From Candidatus Xenobia bacterium (GTDB lineage Bacteria; Vulcanimicrobiota; CADAWZ01): a stretch of DNA of 64,000 nucleotides. Positions 9,455 through 18,663 of this stretch are shown piece by piece. The position numbers and the translations under genes were made by a program. The stretch lies in the NCBI GenBank assembly GCA_031551355.1, contig JAVBNT010000004.1, positions 3,067-67,066 of the forward strand, in the 5' to 3' direction. Every line of letters begins with the position of its first letter. The first letter of the stretch is position 1. Below the pieces are notes generated by a model, which saw nothing but the letters and a program-made list of their open reading frames with translations, ran no database searches and had not been told where the DNA came from.

Positions 9455-10294
9455 TTATTTGGAAGAACCTGCAGAAGAGCCGTTAAGCGATTCGACAACT
9501 TTATCGGTAACATTCCTGCCGCCGTACATAACGTACTGCTTGTCAAGAATTAAAACCATATTTTCCTTTTCGGCAACGGATTTTACGGTAAAAGTAACTT
9601 TGTCGAAAAGAGGCGACATAATCGCAGCTCTTTTCGCCTCAAGCTGCCGGTCATAGGAAGCTATAAGTTCCTGCTGTTTTTCCTTGCTCAGGGAAGCCGA
9701 ACGTTTTGCCACATCCTTACGGGCATTTTCAAATTCAGCCTGCATTTTTTTCTCTCCGTCACGGAATATCTGTAAAGTCCTGACAACATCCTGATCAAAA
9801 TAACCTACAACACTTGAATCACCGATATTACCCTGAGCGGCAGGCAGATCTCCTTCTGCTCTGAATTTTTCCTTAACATCTTCAGTTATGTCTTCAGAAC
9901 CTGTAACGACAATACTTTTATCCAGAACCACCTTAAGATTTTTCTCTTTGGCAACAATCTCAATTGCCGACTGAACGCGTCCCATCAAAACATTCAGGTC
10001 TTTATTCCTTACCATTTCGGATTCCTGACGAAAGCGGGCGTAAAGCTCCTGCTGCTGCTCCTGGGAAGCCCCCTTCATCTGCTGCGAATAAGACTTTTCA
10101 AGCTCTTGTATCGCCACGGCTATTTTTTCATTGGCCTTCTTAAACGCCGCCATTTTCATTATTGCCGACTTATCAATGACCCCTATTTCGCTATTCTGTT
10201 TCTTCTCTTCCTGCGGTTTAGGCTGGCACGACGCACAAAATACGGCAAGTCCTAAAATAAAGCAAACAAAAATTTTATAAGTAACGTTTTTCAA
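9455..10294 (-). CDS. Tandem double-domain OmpH/Skp-like lipoprotein
   Basis: Lipobox-like CASC; two OmpH units (IGVIDK...EDITEDVK and VGYFDQ...YGGRNVTDKVV). Confidence 0.82.
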   Translation of the reverse strand: MKNVTYKIFVCFILGLAVFCASCQPKPQEEKKQNSEIGVIDKSAIMKMAAFKKANEKIAVAIQELEKSYSQQMKGASQEQQQELYARFRQESEMVRNKDLNVLMGRVQSAIEIVAKEKNLKVVLDKSIVVTGSEDITEDVKEKFRAEGDLPAAQGNIGDSSVVGYFDQDVVRTLQIFRDGEKKMQAEFENARKDVAKRSASLSKEKQQELIASYDRQLEAKRAAIMSPLFDKVTFTVKSVAEKENMVLILDKQYVMYGGRNVTDKVVESLNGSSAGSSK

Positions 10295-10332
10295 TTTAAC
10301 CCTCCTGAATTTAAGTAAACAATTTCCGGAAA

Positions 10333-12612
10333 TTAGAAACTCTGGCCGAAACCGATCGTGGTACGTGAACCATCCTGTCCGAATGCGTAATCAAATCTTA
10401 TCACACCAAGCCCCAGAGTCGGCAGTGTAAGCCTAAGTCCGATACCGGCATCGGTATAAAGCTTTGACGTGCCTATGCCGTCAAACCAGGCATTACCGGC
10501 ATCAACAAAAATGGCGCCGCTTAAAACCTTTAGCTTGGCAATCGGGAAACGCAGCTCGGCATTAAACAGAAGCATACGGTCTCCAAGGAATATATTATCG
10601 CGATAAGCCCTGAGCGTGTCAGCTCCTCCCATATAGAAGAACTCCGACGTATAAGCTCCCTGTCCGTTCAAAACTCCGCCCCATGCTCTAAGCGCAAGCG
10701 TCGTCGATTTGCCGAACGGGATATATTTGCGTATTTCCAATTGTGTTTTAGAGAAGTCGTCGGTTCCGCCGAGAAAACCTCCGGCGGCCTGGTATGATGC
10801 ATTCATGAATGTTCCCGACATCGGATTGAAGATATCATCGCGCGTATCATAAACAGCAGAAATAGTCGCGCTGTTTGCTTTTCCGGAGAACAGGCCAATC
10901 GGCTCATAATCGGAAATACTGCTTCTTGTCAGCGTCACATTTTCCGATTTCAGCGTCAGGAATGTTGTCAGATACTCACTCAAAGGATGACCGTAGCTGA
11001 TAGTAAAACCGGTTCTCTCATCATCATAGTATGCATATTGCAACGGATCCGAATAAGGTACTGCCTGAGCCAATTCTATATATTTCTGTGTATAAACAGA
11101 CGCCCCAATTGAGTCACGGCTCGAATTAATCGCCGGATTAAAAACCGACAGACTCATCGAATGTGTATTTACACCAATCTGCCCCTGAATGGCGGCTCCC
11201 CAGCCAGTTCCGCCGAGATTTCTTTCGGAAACGGAAGCAGATCCGGCAATACCGCTTTTAACAGCACTTGAACCGCCGCCAAGATAACCGAGACCTATTG
11301 TCGCTGTACCTGTTTTTTGCTCTTTTACTTTAAGCAGCAGGACGACCTTACCAACTTCCGAACCGGCCTCAGGCTCAATATTTACACTGGAAAAATAACC
11401 GATGTTGTTAAGACGTTCCAGATCTTTCTGAATCCTTTTCCTTTTGAGAACCTGCCCGACTCTGGTATTCATATTTCTCAAAATTACATAATCTTTGGTT
11501 CTTTTGTTGCCTTCAATTTTAATTTCCTCAACAACGGCTTCAATTATTCTTATCGAAACCAGTCCCTTTTCAGGTTCTACATTAGGTCTTATTGTATCAA
11601 GTATATAGTCATTTTTTTCGTAGAGCTTGGCAATTTTGTCAGTATCGGCCTTGGCAATTTTCTGATTAAAAAGCTCACCTTTGCGCAACGAAACAAACGA
11701 CATCAGCTTATCCGTAGGGAATACCGTGTTGCCGCTCATCTCAATATCTTTGATAACCATTCCTTCAATTATTGAGATATGCAGTACGCCGTCGTCGGTC
11801 CACTGCAAATCTTTAATGTGTGTAGGCCGGTAAACATAACCGAGTTCCTCATCATAATATTGATTGATCGTTCCCATATCACCGTACAAAGTCTTGGAGT
11901 TTAGAATAACGCCGACTTTTGTTTCCATAAGTCCGGTCAATTTATCGGTCGAGACGATGGAATTGCCTTCAAAAACAATATTTTTCACTGTCGGATTTTC
12001 CAGCACGGAAAAAACTACTTTGATGCCGCCGATAAAATACCGGGTATCAATCTTTACATCGGTAAAATAACCCATATCAAAAATAGACTGAATATCACGC
12101 TGTATCTTTGTTTCGACAACAGGATCGCCTATTTTTATGGAAAGCACCTTGATGATTTCATCTGTAGGAACGGAAACATTTCCCTCAATGACGATCGCCG
12201 TGATCTTTGAGGCCATTTCCTCATCCTGAGGCGAGGATGCTTTCGAATCTGGCGGCTGAGAGTCTGAAGGCACCACCGGAACATTATCATTCTGTGGGAC
12301 TGGAGCAGCAGCGGGTTCTTTTTGCACCGGTTCTGAAGGGTCCTGCGAATCATCATCATCTGTTTTCACAGGCTCGGAAGCCTTTTCTTTTTCCTGCACA
12401 GGAACAGTTGGTTCAGGTTCAGGAGACGGCTCAGCAATTGGCTTAACCTCCTGTCCGCCGGCTTCGTCAACAACACTTCCGGCAACAAAATTCTCTTCAA
12501 AATCTGTCTGAGCAGACGCACGCTCAAGCGCAAAAACCGATGGCGAAAGCATTGCAAACAAAAAAGAAAAAAGCTGAAGCCACGCAACCATACGAATCAT
12601 CTTGGCCTTCAT
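10333..12612 (-). CDS. bamA: Outer membrane protein assembly factor BamA/Omp85
   Basis: Signal peptide, three POTRA-like units (IEGN/FEGN/MSGN-type starts, GYF), barrel motifs GGADTLRAY, NAELRFPI, IRFDYA and terminal FGQSF. ATG at 12612 follows GGAGG. Confidence 0.92.
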   Translation of the reverse strand: MKAKMIRMVAWLQLFSFLFAMLSPSVFALERASAQTDFEENFVAGSVVDEAGGQEVKPIAEPSPEPEPTVPVQEKEKASEPVKTDDDDSQDPSEPVQKEPAAAPVPQNDNVPVVPSDSQPPDSKASSPQDEEMASKITAIVIEGNVSVPTDEIIKVLSIKIGDPVVETKIQRDIQSIFDMGYFTDVKIDTRYFIGGIKVVFSVLENPTVKNIVFEGNSIVSTDKLTGLMETKVGVILNSKTLYGDMGTINQYYDEELGYVYRPTHIKDLQWTDDGVLHISIIEGMVIKDIEMSGNTVFPTDKLMSFVSLRKGELFNQKIAKADTDKIAKLYEKNDYILDTIRPNVEPEKGLVSIRIIEAVVEEIKIEGNKRTKDYVILRNMNTRVGQVLKRKRIQKDLERLNNIGYFSSVNIEPEAGSEVGKVVLLLKVKEQKTGTATIGLGYLGGGSSAVKSGIAGSASVSERNLGGTGWGAAIQGQIGVNTHSMSLSVFNPAINSSRDSIGASVYTQKYIELAQAVPYSDPLQYAYYDDERTGFTISYGHPLSEYLTTFLTLKSENVTLTRSSISDYEPIGLFSGKANSATISAVYDTRDDIFNPMSGTFMNASYQAAGGFLGGTDDFSKTQLEIRKYIPFGKSTTLALRAWGGVLNGQGAYTSEFFYMGGADTLRAYRDNIFLGDRMLLFNAELRFPIAKLKVLSGAIFVDAGNAWFDGIGTSKLYTDAGIGLRLTLPTLGLGVIRFDYAFGQDGSRTTIGFGQSF

Positions 12613-12908
12613 AAACAAACCCTCCAAAACAAGTAGTATCTATATATAGAAGATTATCTTCCGTTACAGCAAAACATCCACCAAAAGGCATCCATGCGAA
12701 GAAAATTACGTCTAAATAACTTGTTTAAGATTCTACGGATGCATACATATTCCTTTAAGAAAAAACAATAACCGAAAATTAAATAGAATCACTGAGATTT
12801 ATCGGAAATAAAGGTTCTTCATCCGAACAGGGAGTATTTCTATTACAGATTTTTTTGCTTAGAAAAAAGCAAAAAACTATCACATAACAACAATTCAAGT
12901 GAGGGTTT

Positions 12909-14654
12909 ATGCCGGTTTATGCAATGGAAAAAGCGCTGAATTGCGCCAAAAACAAACTTATTTCCAGTATTGGGAAAGAAACCGATACCAACGGACTCCG
13001 CTATGCCCCGGAAGACATACCCGGAGACATAGCGTTTCCCTGTTTTCCGCTGGCAAAAGCACTAAAAAAGAATCCGGCGGCTATAAGCAGCGAAGCAGCC
13101 GCCAGGATTGCCTTTGACGATAATGAAATAATAAAAAAAGCAGAAGCAGCCGGCGGCTATATAAATTTCTATATTAACAGTGATGTTTTTTGCCGTGAAG
13201 TTATCAATGACTTTCTGCTAAACAGTAATAAATATGGGCGCAATAACATCGGCGCAGCAAAAAAAATAATTATTGATTATTCATCGCCCAACATCGCCAA
13301 ACCATTCTCAATAGGGCATCTGCGCTCTACAAATATCGGTGCCGCGCTCAAAAACATCCTGCTTTTCTCCGGATATGACGTCATCGGCGACAACCATCTG
13401 GGAGATTGGGGCACTCAGTTCGGCAAGCTTATATATGCCTACAAAAAATGGGGTTCCAGGGAAGAAATCGAGAAAGATCCGATCAAAGAGCTTCTTAAAC
13501 TGTATGTAAAATTTCATGATGAGGCCGGATTAAAAGGTGATGAGCAGCCGGAAAGCGATGAAGAAGTAAATCCGCTCGAAGAAGAAGCACGCAAATATTT
13601 TAAACAGCTTGAAGACGGGGAAGAAGAAATTGTGCAGCTCTGGAAATGGATAAAAGATATCAGCCTAAAGGATTTTCAGAGGGTTTATGACAAACTGCAG
13701 GTTTCTTTTGAAGAGTATCTCGGAGAAAGTTTTTACAATGACAAAATGGAGATTGTAAAAAAACTGGCGGCCGATAAAAATATTCTCAGCACCGATCCTT
13801 CGGGAACACAGCTCATACGCCTTGAAGATCACGGTATATCCACGCCTCTTCTGATACAAAAAAAAGACGGGGCCAGTCTTTATGCCACAAGGGATCTGGC
13901 GGGAATTATATACCGTAAAGACAGATGGGATCCGTCAATGATTCTGTATGTTGTAGGAGAAGAACAACAACTTTATTTCAAACAACTGTTCAAGGTAAAG
14001 GAAATGCTGGGTATAGAAACGCCATGCGAACATATTCAATTCGGCCTTATGGTTCTGCCGGAAGGCAAGGTCTCGACAAGAAAAGGCAACGTAATATTCC
14101 TTGAAGATGTGCTTGAAGAAGCACAAAAAAGAGTCTCGGAACTTATTGCCGACCGGGAGCTTAGCGAAAAAGCAAAAGAGGAAATATCCGCAGCCGTGGG
14201 CATTGGTGCTGTTAAATACCACGATCTTTCACAAAATCGTAAAAAAACGGTAACATTTGACTGGGAAAAAATGCTGGCACTTGACGGAAATTCAAGTCCT
14301 TACCTGCAGTACAGCTATTCAAGGGCAAAAAGCATTATCCGAAAATCCGGCATAGAAAACCAGCCGCAAAATAATAATGCCTATAAATACTGCAAGGATG
14401 AAATAAAACTGATAAAAAAACTGGCTTTATTCCCGGAAACGGTTGAATCTGCCGGAAAACAGTTTTATCCGCATATAATTTCGACATATCTTTTTGAACT
14501 GGCTCAGGAATTCAGTTCCTTTTATAATAATGTAAAAGTAATGAGTGAAGACAAAATCTCAATGGGACAGAGAATTTTGATCGTTGGCTTCTATGCTTCG
14601 GTGATGAAAACAGGGCTTTCACTGCTGGGCATAGGGGTGCTTGAGGAGATGTAA
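12909..14654 (+). CDS. argS: Arginine--tRNA ligase
   Basis: IDYSSPNIAKPFSIGHLRS (HIGH), NHLGDWGTQFG, KKDGASLYATRD, KVSTRKG, PYLQYSYSR, EEM C-terminus. Confidence 0.97.
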   Translation: MPVYAMEKALNCAKNKLISSIGKETDTNGLRYAPEDIPGDIAFPCFPLAKALKKNPAAISSEAAARIAFDDNEIIKKAEAAGGYINFYINSDVFCREVINDFLLNSNKYGRNNIGAAKKIIIDYSSPNIAKPFSIGHLRSTNIGAALKNILLFSGYDVIGDNHLGDWGTQFGKLIYAYKKWGSREEIEKDPIKELLKLYVKFHDEAGLKGDEQPESDEEVNPLEEEARKYFKQLEDGEEEIVQLWKWIKDISLKDFQRVYDKLQVSFEEYLGESFYNDKMEIVKKLAADKNILSTDPSGTQLIRLEDHGISTPLLIQKKDGASLYATRDLAGIIYRKDRWDPSMILYVVGEEQQLYFKQLFKVKEMLGIETPCEHIQFGLMVLPEGKVSTRKGNVIFLEDVLEEAQKRVSELIADRELSEKAKEEISAAVGIGAVKYHDLSQNRKKTVTFDWEKMLALDGNSSPYLQYSYSRAKSIIRKSGIENQPQNNNAYKYCKDEIKLIKKLALFPETVESAGKQFYPHIISTYLFELAQEFSSFYNNVKVMSEDKISMGQRILIVGFYASVMKTGLSLLGIGVLEEM

Positions 14655-14698
14655 AACTGTGGTTTCAAGGGTTATAGCGAACTCATCAGCACTTTTTT

Positions 14699-15179
14699 TG
14701 TCGTTGCGAGCCTGAAAGGCGTGGCAATCCAGAATTTTATTTTATGAGTTCCACCTGTAAACATTATAAATATCGTAAAGCGTTTATTTAACGGGAATTC
14801 CAAGGAGAGGTTATTAAGGGGGCTATAATTCCAGACTGTGTCAAAAGTCTGACTCAGCCTGTGAGACTTCAGACATCTACCACTCTTCCGGTGCGTTTTC
14901 CCTGGATTGTTCGCTTGCCCGTGGTGCCAAGACGTCTGAAGTTGGGTGTTAACTGTGAGGCACAAATAAGAAAAAATCAGCAGACTGGCGAAGATAAGGC
15001 TGGGTGATATGTGGTATTTTATTCTTCTTGAGACTGATAACTGGCAACGAATTCCTCTGTCATCCTCGCGAATGCGGGGATCCACTATTTTATTCTTCTC
15101 TGGACTAATAACTGATAACTAATTTTTCCCGTGGTGCCAAGAAGTCTAAAGTTTGATTTTACCGGGTTTTCGCAAATAA
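14699..15179. repeat. Intergenic mosaic of REP-like palindromes and a 52-bp imperfect direct repeat
   Basis: GTCGTTGCGAGCCTGAAAGGCGTGGCAATCCA (~14700) is the reverse complement of a motif inside the 40893 and 58340 MITEs. CCCGTGGTGCCAAGAmGTCTrAAGTT...CAAATAA occurs at 14918 and 15128. GTCATCCTCGCGAATGCGGGGATCCA lies at ~15059. Confidence 0.65.
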
Positions 15180-15283
15180 TTTGAGCCTATAAAAAAACTT
15201 TCTTTGTTAATTCAATCGATCACAGTCATTTATCTCCGTGGTCTCTGCACCCTCTCTGTGAGGGACTGTTTTGTCTCTTAATA

Positions 15284-15577
15284 TCACACTTTTCTCTTAT
15301 TAAACGCAGACGGCACAAACCGGTAAGCTTCTTTTTTATCCATTTTTGTAATGTATCTCGTCGCAATCTGTTTGCCGCAATTGGGACAAAATAAAGCTCC
15401 ATGGTAGAGTGAAAAATCAATCGTGCCTTTGATTATTCTATCATTATACATTTTTACAAAATTGCTCTCGCCCACCTTCTGGTAATTGGCAATGAAGAAT
15501 TTACAGTAAGCACAACTGACGGCCAAAATATGACTGCCTCTTATTTTTTTACAATTGGGATTTTTATAAATTTCCAT
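15284..15577 (-). CDS. Small Cys-rich (zinc-ribbon-like) hypothetical protein
   Basis: CAYC and CPNCG pairs in a basic ~97-aa ORF. Confidence 0.7.
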   Translation of the reverse strand: MEIYKNPNCKKIRGSHILAVSCAYCKFFIANYQKVGESNFVKMYNDRIIKGTIDFSLYHGALFCPNCGKQIATRYITKMDKKEAYRFVPSAFNKRKV

Positions 15578-15644
15578 ACGGACTTCTACTCTAAGCAAAA
15601 AAGCCGTTTTACCGGCTTTTTACTGATCAATTATTTATTTTATA

Positions 15645-16580
15645 TTATTCCCGCGCTCTTTCTGCCGTACGGGCCTGATAATCTTTATTGATCGATTTTT
15701 CCTGAATTTTACCGCCAATTATTGTTGTTGCCGCAGTTCCCGCGACAAAACCAAGCACAGCTCCGAGCGGACCAAAAAGAAGTCCGGCCCCCACAGCGAC
15801 GGCTGCACCTCCGGCAAACGCCGGGGTCATACGCAACTGACCTTTCCAGAAACTGGATTTGTCATCATAAACAACTTCGGCACCGTCAATTTTACCAAAG
15901 TCTTCAGGGACAATAAGCTCCTGACCAAAAACCCTGGCCACAGGTGTATAAACCTTATTAGGCATCGCCTTAAGAGATTTGGCAATAAGTTCAGAGCAGT
16001 AAAGCCTGTCATCCGTAGAATTATCAAGCATAAAATCATACGGTTTACCGATTTGATTCCTTGCATAATCAAGCGCCGCATTGACATCTTCCTGAGATTT
16101 ATACGGAGGCCTGATAATTTTTACGGACAGTCTTCCTTTTAACCGTTCAAAAAGCTCAAGTCTGTCAACTCCATAACCGCTGTTATGATCAATATTGGCT
16201 TCAATAAACTTACCGCCGCCCTCATAAAAGGAGGCATGGGTGTAGTCGCTGCCTACAGCCGCTTTTTCCAATAATTTTGCCGCCGGACGGTTATCGTTTG
16301 TTTCAAGAATGATATCTCCCGGCTTCAGAACATCCATAATCTGCTGGCGGCGTCCCTCAGACATTACCTTAGAAGCAACAAAAGCGGGAAAATCAAGCAG
16401 TCCCAATAATTTGTCGGCAAAATTCTTTTGGGACGGAACAGCGGAATCGGACGATGAAAAAACAAATTCATCCGACAAGCCTTCTGAAGGCATAGGCTTG
16501 TCGGATGAATTCACATCCGTTTTCAACGTATTTATATTTTTAGCATCACAAACATTATTGCCTAAACTATTTATGTGCAT
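15645..16580 (-). CDS. Permuted papain-like NlpC/P60 enzyme (YiiX/YebB-like), copy 1
   Basis: LKPGDIIL, YTHASFY (His), IEA, IRPP, QIGKPYD, LYCSELI (Cys); C-terminal Gly/Ala-rich hydrophobic hairpin. Confidence 0.88.
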   Translation of the reverse strand: MHINSLGNNVCDAKNINTLKTDVNSSDKPMPSEGLSDEFVFSSSDSAVPSQKNFADKLLGLLDFPAFVASKVMSEGRRQQIMDVLKPGDIILETNDNRPAAKLLEKAAVGSDYTHASFYEGGGKFIEANIDHNSGYGVDRLELFERLKGRLSVKIIRPPYKSQEDVNAALDYARNQIGKPYDFMLDNSTDDRLYCSELIAKSLKAMPNKVYTPVARVFGQELIVPEDFGKIDGAEVVYDDKSSFWKGQLRMTPAFAGGAAVAVGAGLLFGPLGAVLGFVAGTAATTIIGGKIQEKSINKDYQARTAERARE

Positions 16581-16597
16581 TTACAATCTCCGTAAAA

Positions 16598-17548
16598 CTA
16601 TGCCTGTTTCGTCTGCCAGGCCTGCTTATTACTTGCAATTAATTCATCAAGCTCTTTTTCCTGTAGTTTGCCGCCAACGACAGTCGTAGCAATCGTTCCG
16701 GCCACGAATCCGACGACAGCCCCTACCGGTCCAAGCAGCATTCCCCCGGCGGCTCCCAAAGCGACACCGCCGGCCAATGCAGGCGCCATCTGCAATTGGG
16801 TTTTCCAGATACTGGCACCGTCATCATAAATACTCTCAACACCCTTAATGCTCTTAAAATCATTAGGCAAAACGACTTCACGGCCTAAGAACTGAAACGT
16901 AGGCGTATCAATAGGATTCGGCATCGCCTTAAGGGCTTTGGCAACGTATTCCGCACAGTACTGCTTTTCATCTTCCGAGTAATCGAACGCACTGTCATAT
17001 GGTTTTCCTATTTGCGATCTTGCATAATCCAACGCCGCATCTATATCTTCCTTTGATTTGTAAGGCGGTCTGAGGATCTGTATGTCAAGTCTGCCCTGAA
17101 GATACTCTCTAAGGTCAGTCCTGCCAACGCCAAAACCGCTCTCATGCCCTGTCGTAGCTTCTAAAAACTTACCGTCACCCTCGTAAATAGCAGCATGAGT
17201 ATAATCACTGCCGCCGGCAATTTTTTCCATTATCTGCCATGTAGGATAATTGGCATTCGTTTCAAGAATAATGTCACCGGGCTGAACAAGTGAGAGAATC
17301 TTTTCTCTGCGTTCATCGGACACCATCGGAGCTACCGACAAAGCAGGGAAGTTTAAAGTACTGATAACGCCGCCCAGCACCTTCTTTTGTAATTTGCCCC
17401 AAAAAGAGGGATTCTCTTCTTCAGGAACGCTTTTTTCAAAATTGTCCGCCACATTAAAGCTTGTTTTCTCAACATCCGTCTTGGACAAGCCATTGGGCGT
17501 CGAAAGATTTAACACCTGATTGTTTGCGTTTAAATTATTTATTTGCAT
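16598..17548 (-). CDS. Permuted papain-like NlpC/P60 enzyme (YiiX/YebB-like), copy 2
   Basis: VQPGDIIL, YTHAAIY, LEA, QIGKPYD, QYCAEYV; C-terminal GGxxxG hairpin. Confidence 0.88.
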   Translation of the reverse strand: MQINNLNANNQVLNLSTPNGLSKTDVEKTSFNVADNFEKSVPEEENPSFWGKLQKKVLGGVISTLNFPALSVAPMVSDERREKILSLVQPGDIILETNANYPTWQIMEKIAGGSDYTHAAIYEGDGKFLEATTGHESGFGVGRTDLREYLQGRLDIQILRPPYKSKEDIDAALDYARSQIGKPYDSAFDYSEDEKQYCAEYVAKALKAMPNPIDTPTFQFLGREVVLPNDFKSIKGVESIYDDGASIWKTQLQMAPALAGGVALGAAGGMLLGPVGAVVGFVAGTIATTVVGGKLQEKELDELIASNKQAWQTKQA

Positions 17549-17599
17549 AACCAAACTCCTGAAAAAAGAATAAGATACTATCCGCTGAGTTTATATCCG

Positions 17600-18511
17600 T
17601 CAATGAGTCCTGGCAGATATTCTATCACTAATCTGAATAAAACCGCCCGTTACGGAAGTCAGTAATGTCCCGCCAAGGAAAGCGCCGATTACGCCTACCG
17701 GTCCAAGAGCCAAAGCTGCGGCTCCTGCAGCGACTGCTCCGCCAATAAACGCCGGAGAGTGCGAAAGCTGATTTTTCCAAAAATCCGAACCGTCATCATA
17801 CACAACCTCGGCCCCTTCTATTTTTTGGAAAGAATTAGGCAAAACGACTTTTCTTCCCAAAACTTCAAAAGAGGGGGTTTCTATTTTATTAGGCATCGCA
17901 TCAAGAGCCTTAGCAACCAGCTCCGCACAGTACTGCTCACTGCTGTCTTCATAGTTAAAGGCACCGTCATAAGGCTTGCCGATCTGCGAATTAGCGTAAT
18001 TAAGAGCTGCCTTTATATCTTCTTCACTCTTATACGGAGGTCTTACAATTTGAATGGCAACGCGTCCTTTAAGATATTCTGCCAGTTCGGTTTTTGCCAC
18101 TCCCATACCGCTCGGATGTCCTGTAGTAGCCTCTATAAACTTACCGTCACCCTCATAAATCGCAGCATGCGTAAAATCGCTGTTGCCGGCAATTTTTTCC
18201 ATAACCTGCCAACCGGGATAATTGTTGTCGGTTTCCAGAATAATGTCGCCCGGTTTTATAGAGTCCAATATCTTTTGCTTATTTTCTTTAGAAATCTCTG
18301 AGGTCGTACTCAGAGCCGGCAAATCCAGAAAACCGAGCAGAGCTTTAACCGCCAGTCCCTTAATTTTTCCGCCGAACGAACGCGTTTCTTCCGGATCTGC
18401 TTTAACAAACCTGTCACTTGGTTCAGCAACGGAGACATCTTCCTTTACCTTTAAGGGAGTCTTTAGGGCGGGAGCGGAAGCTGCAAAAGATCGAGAATTG
18501 GTTATTTCCAT
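17600..18511 (-). CDS. Permuted papain-like NlpC/P60 enzyme (YiiX/YebB-like), copy 3
   Basis: IKPGDIIL, FTHAAIY, IEA, QIGKPYD, QYCAELV; C-terminal hydrophobic hairpin. Confidence 0.88.
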   Translation of the reverse strand: MEITNSRSFAASAPALKTPLKVKEDVSVAEPSDRFVKADPEETRSFGGKIKGLAVKALLGFLDLPALSTTSEISKENKQKILDSIKPGDIILETDNNYPGWQVMEKIAGNSDFTHAAIYEGDGKFIEATTGHPSGMGVAKTELAEYLKGRVAIQIVRPPYKSEEDIKAALNYANSQIGKPYDGAFNYEDSSEQYCAELVAKALDAMPNKIETPSFEVLGRKVVLPNSFQKIEGAEVVYDDGSDFWKNQLSHSPAFIGGAVAAGAAALALGPVGVIGAFLGGTLLTSVTGGFIQISDRISARTH

Positions 18512-18663
18512 AATTTTGTACCCTCATTAAGAACTATAAAAAATACTGATAAAAATGATATACAGCCCTACATAATAAAGTATATCCTCATGACGGCCCG
18601 GTAACAATTAAAATTTTGTTAACATTACGATATAAACCGTTTAAATACAGCCGCAAATCCTGT

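Noticed and set aside
12630-12908. T-box leader upstream of argS
   Set aside because: No T-box consensus (GGTGGnACCGCG) or antiterminator is seen
14672-15085. 137-aa minus-strand ORF
   Set aside because: It runs through repeat remnants and has no recognisable motif, so it is probably spurious
14918-15179. Two-repeat mini-CRISPR
   Set aside because: Only two imperfect copies 210 bp apart, and the intervening DNA contains other repeat motifs
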